12,514 nucleotides of DNA from a bacterium. Lineage in GTDB: Bacteria > Sysuimicrobiota > Sysuimicrobiia > Sysuimicrobiales > Humicultoraceae. Below are positions 8,018 to 12,514 of the stretch, piece by piece. Position numbers and translations under genes: made by a program. The stretch lies in NCBI GenBank assembly GCA_041497675.1, contig JBGQGY010000109.1:1-12514 (forward strand), read 5' to 3'. The number at the start of each line of letters is the position of its first letter. Positions within the stretch are counted from its first letter, which is position 1. Below the pieces are notes generated by a model. It made no database searches and was not told where the DNA came from. It saw nothing but the letters and a program-made list of their open reading frames with translations.

Positions 8018-8913
8018 CACGACTGGAACAGCCCCTTGGGTCGCATCAACAGCACCACCAGGATGAGCAGGAAGAACACACCCTCAGACCATCCACCACC
8101 CTGCGGCACGTAGAACTCGACAAACGCTTCGGACAGCCCCAGCACCAGGCTTGCGTAAATCACGCCGTTGATGTTGCCGAGCCCAGCCATCACGATGATG
8201 GCAAACGCCTTCAGCGTGTAGAGCAGGCCGATGAACGGCGACGTCGAGAGTTGCAGCGTGACCATCATCCCGGCAACGCCGGCGAGCGCGCAGGCGAGCC
8301 CGAAGGTCAGCAGGTAGATGCGATCGACCTCGATGCCGATGAGACTCGCGCCGACGCGGTTCTGCGCCACGGCACGCATCGCTTTGCCCAGGCGCGACCG
8401 GCCCAGCACCAGATAGAGCCCCAGCACGAACGCCATCGCCAGCGCGAAGACGATCAGTTGCGGCAGCCCGACGACGAGCGGGCCCAGCGGGACGGCGGTC
8501 GCTTTGTACGGCACCGCCGCGGTACGCGGGTCGCCCGTCCACAAGATAATGGCGAGGTTTTGGAGGAAGATCGAGATGCCAAACGTGAGCAGCATTTGGT
8601 TCAGTTCGGGCGCGCGGAGCACGCGCTGGATACCCGCCCGATAGACGACGCCGCCGATCGCGAACAACGCCGCTGCGCCGATCGGGATGGCCAGCAGCGG
8701 ATCGATCCCGTACGACACGAACAGCCAGTACCCGAGATAGGCGCCCAGCATCAGGAACTCTCCGTGGGCGAAGTTCACGATTCCGATCACGCCCACGGAG
8801 AGCGCGAGCCCCACCGAGGTCAACGCATAGAGCCCCGAGCGGAGCACCCCGAAGACCAGCATCTGGGCGAGGTCTTGGATAGCGTCCCCCGTCTGCGCGC
8901 CGTCCTGCGGCAC
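8017..8913 (-). CDS. livH: HAAT-family ABC transporter permease, LivH-like
   Basis: YALTSVGLAL..GVIGIVNFAHGEFLMLGAY, SRLGKAMRAVAQN, AFAIIVMAGLGNING, LLMRPKGLF. Exact start uncertain. Confidence 0.94.
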   Translation of the reverse strand: MPQDGAQTGDAIQDLAQMLVFGVLRSGLYALTSVGLALSVGVIGIVNFAHGEFLMLGAYLGYWLFVSYGIDPLLAIPIGAAALFAIGGVVYRAGIQRVLRAPELNQMLLTFGISIFLQNLAIILWTGDPRTAAVPYKATAVPLGPLVVGLPQLIVFALAMAFVLGLYLVLGRSRLGKAMRAVAQNRVGASLIGIEVDRIYLLTFGLACALAGVAGMMVTLQLSTSPFIGLLYTLKAFAIIVMAGLGNINGVIYASLVLGLSEAFVEFYVPQGGGWSEGVFFLLILVVLLMRPKGLFQS

Positions 8914-8924
8914 GCCGCCCGAGA

Positions 8925-10127
8925 CTACCGGCCGTACGGCGCCGGATACGCGAGCTTGCCCCCCGCGATCTCAGTCGGGTAGACGACGACCTGTTTGCCG
9001 CTGACCCACTGGAACGCGATCAATTTCGTGAAGCCCTGGTTCTTCCCGTAGATCGACCGCTTGAAGGTGAGGGGCAGACCGATCGGGCCATCATACTCGG
9101 TGGCCTTCATGGCGGCGGTGAGCGCGTTCAAATCGGTGCTACCCGCGCGACGGATTGCCTCCGCGACGGTAAACAGGTTCGTGTACGCGAGCGGCCCCCA
9201 GTACGATGCGGGGTCCTCGTTGAACTGTTCTCGGTACCGTTGCACGAAGCGGCGTGAGGCGGCATGGCTATTCTCCGCCGTCCACAGCGCCATCCCGGCG
9301 ACGTTGTTGCCCGCCGGCAGTTTCTCGAAACCGACCGGCCACGACGGCGGCGCGGCCAGGATCAATTTGGGATTGAAGGCGACCTGCCGTGCCTGCGTGA
9401 CCATCGGCACGACGTCCTGGTCAAAGCCCACGAACACAAAGACATCGGCCCCGGCGCCCTTGGCCTTCGACAGCAGGGGTGTGAGGTCGGGCGAGCCGGT
9501 CTTGAACGCCTCCTTAAAGATGACGCTCAGGCCGTAGTTCCTGGCAAACGCCTCGGCCTGATCGGCCGACCCGCTGCCAAACGGACCGTCCTCATAGGCC
9601 AGCGCCACGGTCTTCGCGCCGGTACTGCGGATGAATCCATAGGTCGAGTCCGCGTTATGGTACTCCCACGGATGATAGTGGAAGAACCAATCGGCATCCG
9701 CCAGGGCGCGCTCGACGAGGCTGGAGGCCGCACCGGTCCACGCCATCAGGATCGGTCGCTGCCGCGCCTGCGCCGCCACGGCGATCGACACGTTCGACTG
9801 CAGCCCACCGATCAGCACGTCGATGCGGTCGCGGGTCACGAGCTTCAGAAAGGCCGCGGCGCCGGTCGGGGGATCGCCACGGTCGTCCTCGACGATCAGC
9901 TCGACCCTGCGGTTGAGCACCCCGGTCCGGTTGACTTCCTGCAGCGCGAGTTGATAGCCCTTCTGCATCGCCTGGCCGCTGGTCCCCGACGGCCCGGTCA
10001 AGGGCACGATGGCGCCGATCTTGATCGGCTCACGCTGGGCCAGCGCGGGTTGATGGGCTGCGATCAGCAGCAGGACGGCGGCAATCGCAAGTCCGACCGC
10101 GCCGCGTGTGGTGAAGATCCCCTTCAT
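8925..10127 (-). CDS. HAAT-family (LivJ/K-like, type I fold) ABC substrate-binding protein
   Basis: Signal peptide MKGIFTTRGAVGLAIAAVLLLIAAHQPALA|Q, then PIKIGAIVPLTG, VELIVEDDRGDP, AEAIRRAGSTD. Start placed at ATG 10127, 7 nt after GGAGG (10135-10139). Confidence 0.93.
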   Translation of the reverse strand: MKGIFTTRGAVGLAIAAVLLLIAAHQPALAQREPIKIGAIVPLTGPSGTSGQAMQKGYQLALQEVNRTGVLNRRVELIVEDDRGDPPTGAAAFLKLVTRDRIDVLIGGLQSNVSIAVAAQARQRPILMAWTGAASSLVERALADADWFFHYHPWEYHNADSTYGFIRSTGAKTVALAYEDGPFGSGSADQAEAFARNYGLSVIFKEAFKTGSPDLTPLLSKAKGAGADVFVFVGFDQDVVPMVTQARQVAFNPKLILAAPPSWPVGFEKLPAGNNVAGMALWTAENSHAASRRFVQRYREQFNEDPASYWGPLAYTNLFTVAEAIRRAGSTDLNALTAAMKATEYDGPIGLPLTFKRSIYGKNQGFTKLIAFQWVSGKQVVVYPTEIAGGKLAYPAPYGR

Positions 10128-10159
10128 GATCATCCCTCCCTGTGATGGACGTTGCGCGA

Positions 10160-10951
10160 TCACGCGTTCAGAAACTCGACGAGCATCCGGTTGGCTTCGT
10201 CGGCGTATTCCCAGAGAAACAGGTGCCCGGCGTCTGGGAACACGTGCACTCGTGCGCCGGGAATCCGGGCGGCCATCAAATGTGCGTTGCCGACAGGAAC
10301 GACGCGATCCTGACCGCCGTGGAGGATCAGTACGGGCATGCGTAACTGACCGAGCCGCGACTCGGTGTCGTGATCTGCCGTCGCCGCCAGCTGGCGCTGG
10401 AACGCCGGCAGCGGTTGCGGGTGCGCGACGCGCCAGGCCATGTACTCGTCCAGCTCCTGAGCGTGCACCTGCGGATAGTCGGTGCCAAACTGCACCCGAA
10501 GAAACCCCCGCAGGTCATGGGTCGGATCGCCCGTGCGGCTCTGCAGCAAGGCGACGGTATCCTGAGGAATGGGAACGCTGTGCGGGCCACCAAACGCCGT
10601 GCAGCACAGGATCAATTTTCGAACATGGTAGGGATAGGCCAACGCGAACTCCTGCGCGATCGCACCGCCCATCGACGCGCCGACCACGTGCGCCGCCGAA
10701 ATGTGCACACGATCCAGCAAGCCGGCCAGGTCATCGGCCATCGTCCGTATCGCGTAGGGCTCGTCGGGCGCATCAGTCCGGCCGGCGCCGCGGTTGTCGG
10801 GCGTGATGACCTGGAACCGTACCGCAAGGACCGGCGCCTGCTTGTACCAGAGGTGCCCGTCCGATCCCAGCCCGCCGATGAGCAGCAGCGGCGGGCCTTC
10901 CCCGTGGGCCTCGTAATACATCGTGATGCCGTTGGTCTGCGCGTAGGGCAT
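10160..10951 (-). CDS. Alpha/beta-fold serine hydrolase (PcaD/enol-lactonase-like esterase)
   Basis: 263 aa from ATG 10951 (TGATG overlap with the upstream stop). GPPLLLIGG, DNRGAGRTD, nucleophile elbow GASMGG, acid in HGGQDRVVP, histidine in DAGHLF. No signal peptide. Confidence 0.92.
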   Translation of the reverse strand: MPYAQTNGITMYYEAHGEGPPLLLIGGLGSDGHLWYKQAPVLAVRFQVITPDNRGAGRTDAPDEPYAIRTMADDLAGLLDRVHISAAHVVGASMGGAIAQEFALAYPYHVRKLILCCTAFGGPHSVPIPQDTVALLQSRTGDPTHDLRGFLRVQFGTDYPQVHAQELDEYMAWRVAHPQPLPAFQRQLAATADHDTESRLGQLRMPVLILHGGQDRVVPVGNAHLMAARIPGARVHVFPDAGHLFLWEYADEANRMLVEFLNA

Positions 10952-12471
10952 CACGCGGTCACCTGCTCCCGCAGGACGCGTTTCAGCACCTTGCCCGCGG
11001 CGTTGCGCGGCAGCACGTCCACAAACGCGACCGATCTGGGGATCTTGTAGCGCGCCAGCCTGCCATCGCAGAATGCCACGAGGTCCTGGGCCGTCAGTCG
11101 CGCGCCGGGTTTGAGGACGACGATCGCCCGTGGCGCTTCTCCCCACTTCTCATGCGGGACGCCGATGACCGCCACGTCGGCGATGGCCGGATGCCGGTAG
11201 AGGACGTCCTCGATTTCCGCCGGATAGATGTTCTCGCCGCCGGAGATCATCATGTCCTTCTTCCGGTCGACGATATAGATGAAGCCTTCGGTATCGATCC
11301 GCGCCAGATCGCCGGTCTTGAACCAACCGTCGCTGAACGCTTGGGCCGTCGCGTCGGGCCGCTGCCAGTAGCCGGAGAAGAGATTGGGGCCGCGGGTCCA
11401 CACCTCGCCGGTGCCGCCGGGCGGCACGTCTCGGCCGTCGTCATCAACGACGCGCACCTCGACGTGCATCGCGGCCTTCCCGGCTGATCCGGCCTTCCGG
11501 AAGGCATCGGCCGCAGGGATCAGCAGACACGTCGGCGCAGTCTCGGTGAGACCATACCCCTGTTGAAAGAGCAGACGCCGCTCGCGGAATGCCTCGATGA
11601 TCGTGAGCGGACACGGTGCGCCCCCGCAGGAAAATCGGGTGCGGCTGAGGTCCGCCCCGCGGAACGCTTCCGAAGCCAGCAACGCCAGATAGATCGCCGG
11701 GACACCAAACATCGCCGTCACACCATGACGCGCGATGAGACGCGTTGTCTCCTCGGGATCAAACTCGCGCTGCAAGATGGCCGTTGCGCCGTGGTGCACG
11801 CTCGGCAGCGTGAACAATCCGATGCCGCCGGTGTGGAACATGGGAAGGAGGTTCAACGTGACGTCGGCGGATGTCAGATCGATTGAGGTCCCGATGTTCA
11901 CGCTGTTCCACAGTTGGGTCGCCTGCGTAAGCACTGCACCCTTTGGCCGGCCGGTCGTGCCGGCCGTGTACATGATGAGCAACGGATCGTCAAACCGACC
12001 CTCCGGGGGCGTTGCTCCACCCTGGAGCAGCGCAGCGTAGGGCTCAGCCCACGGCACCCGCGGTCCGTCGCCATCGAAGCCCACGAATGTCTCGATCGTC
12101 TGCGCTTCCGCCCGCGTGCGGACGGTATTGGCCAACTCGAACAGGTGTTGGTCGACGAGCAGGACTTTGGGCCCGCTGTCTCCGAGCTGGAAGGCCACTT
12201 CGGGCGCGGAGAGCCGCCAATTGAGTGGGACGGCGATGGCGCCCAAACGCGCGGCGGCAAACAACGCTTCAACGTACTCGGCGCGGTTCATGGATAGGAT
12301 CCCCACGCGGTCCCCACGCACGACGCCGCGCGCGCGCAGACCCGCGGCGACGGCCGCCACTCGGTCGCGTAGCGCCAGATACGTCACAACGCGCTCGCCG
12401 TCAACGAGTGCGGGTTTGTCCGGGTGGATGTCGGCGCGCCGCTCGAGCCAGTGCCAGATCCCCCACATCAT
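10951..12471 (-). CDS. Acyl-CoA synthetase / AMP-dependent ligase (FadD/MenE-like, ANL superfamily)
   Basis: 506 aa. P-loop YTAGTTGRPKG, LPMFHTGG, GYGLTET, GWFKTGD, DRKKDMMISGGENIYPAEIE, catalytic Lys in LPRNAAGKVLK. Confidence 0.95.
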   Translation of the reverse strand: MMWGIWHWLERRADIHPDKPALVDGERVVTYLALRDRVAAVAAGLRARGVVRGDRVGILSMNRAEYVEALFAAARLGAIAVPLNWRLSAPEVAFQLGDSGPKVLLVDQHLFELANTVRTRAEAQTIETFVGFDGDGPRVPWAEPYAALLQGGATPPEGRFDDPLLIMYTAGTTGRPKGAVLTQATQLWNSVNIGTSIDLTSADVTLNLLPMFHTGGIGLFTLPSVHHGATAILQREFDPEETTRLIARHGVTAMFGVPAIYLALLASEAFRGADLSRTRFSCGGAPCPLTIIEAFRERRLLFQQGYGLTETAPTCLLIPAADAFRKAGSAGKAAMHVEVRVVDDDGRDVPPGGTGEVWTRGPNLFSGYWQRPDATAQAFSDGWFKTGDLARIDTEGFIYIVDRKKDMMISGGENIYPAEIEDVLYRHPAIADVAVIGVPHEKWGEAPRAIVVLKPGARLTAQDLVAFCDGRLARYKIPRSVAFVDVLPRNAAGKVLKRVLREQVTA

Positions 12472-12478
12472 CGAGGGC

Positions 12479-12514
12479 TCACCACTGGATGACCGCGGCG
12501 GCCCACGTGTAGCC
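12479..12514 (-). CDS. C-terminal fragment of a probable FabH/KAS III-like (3-oxoacyl-ACP synthase III family) protein
   Basis: The minus strand reads GGC TAC ACG TGG GCC GCC GCG GTC ATC CAG TGG TGA = GYTWAAAVIQW*, resembling the GxTWxAxxxxW end of KAS III enzymes. The stop is 7 nt before the ligase ATG. Only 11 residues are visible. Confidence 0.6.
   Translation of the reverse strand, partial: GYTWAAAVIQW

Noticed and set aside
10952..11146. N-terminal extension of the hydrolase ORF (10160..11146)
   Set aside because: Overlaps the ligase C-terminus out of frame; MPYAQTNG at the TGATG overlap is the natural start.
10951..12471. Calling the ligase and hydrolase menE and menH
   Set aside because: No other menaquinone genes in the window and the motifs seen are generic to their superfamilies.
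58..12512. Numerous plus-strand ORFs (e.g. 58..528, 447..1253, 2324..3481, 4858..5661, 6126..7025, 8251..8982, 9264..10145)
   Set aside because: Antisense shadows of well-supported minus-strand genes, expected in high-GC DNA; no recognisable motifs and skewed composition.
4828..12514. Resemblance to OleABCD olefin/beta-lactone biosynthesis (condensing enzyme, hydrolase, AMP ligase, SDR)
   Set aside because: The hydrolase has a Ser nucleophile rather than the Asp of OleB, the SDR is a classical HBDH rather than an extended OleD type, and an importer is embedded in the operon.

Overview
GC-rich bacterial DNA in which every credible gene lies on the minus strand, forming two tightly packed units. 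Unit 1 (12514 to 4391): the last 11 codons of a probable FabH/KAS III-like enzyme, an acyl-CoA synthetase, an alpha/beta-hydrolase, a complete HAAT (Liv-type) ABC importer (binding protein, LivH, LivM, LivG, LivF), a D-3-hydroxybutyrate dehydrogenase and a MaoC/PhaJ-type (R)-enoyl-CoA hydratase. This looks like uptake and processing of a short (R)-3-hydroxy acid or its ester rather than branched-chain amino acids. Unit 2 (4325 to beyond base 1): a MarR regulator whose sigma70-type promoter is overlapped by a perfect 8-5-8 palindrome, then a long-hairpin membrane-fusion protein, a MacB/YknYZ-type ATPase and permease, and a membrane-anchored protein with LTxxQ-like motifs that the ORF track missed because it runs off the window. 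No RNA genes, CRISPR array or mobile element could be supported. All functional calls rest on motifs read by eye; no database search was run.
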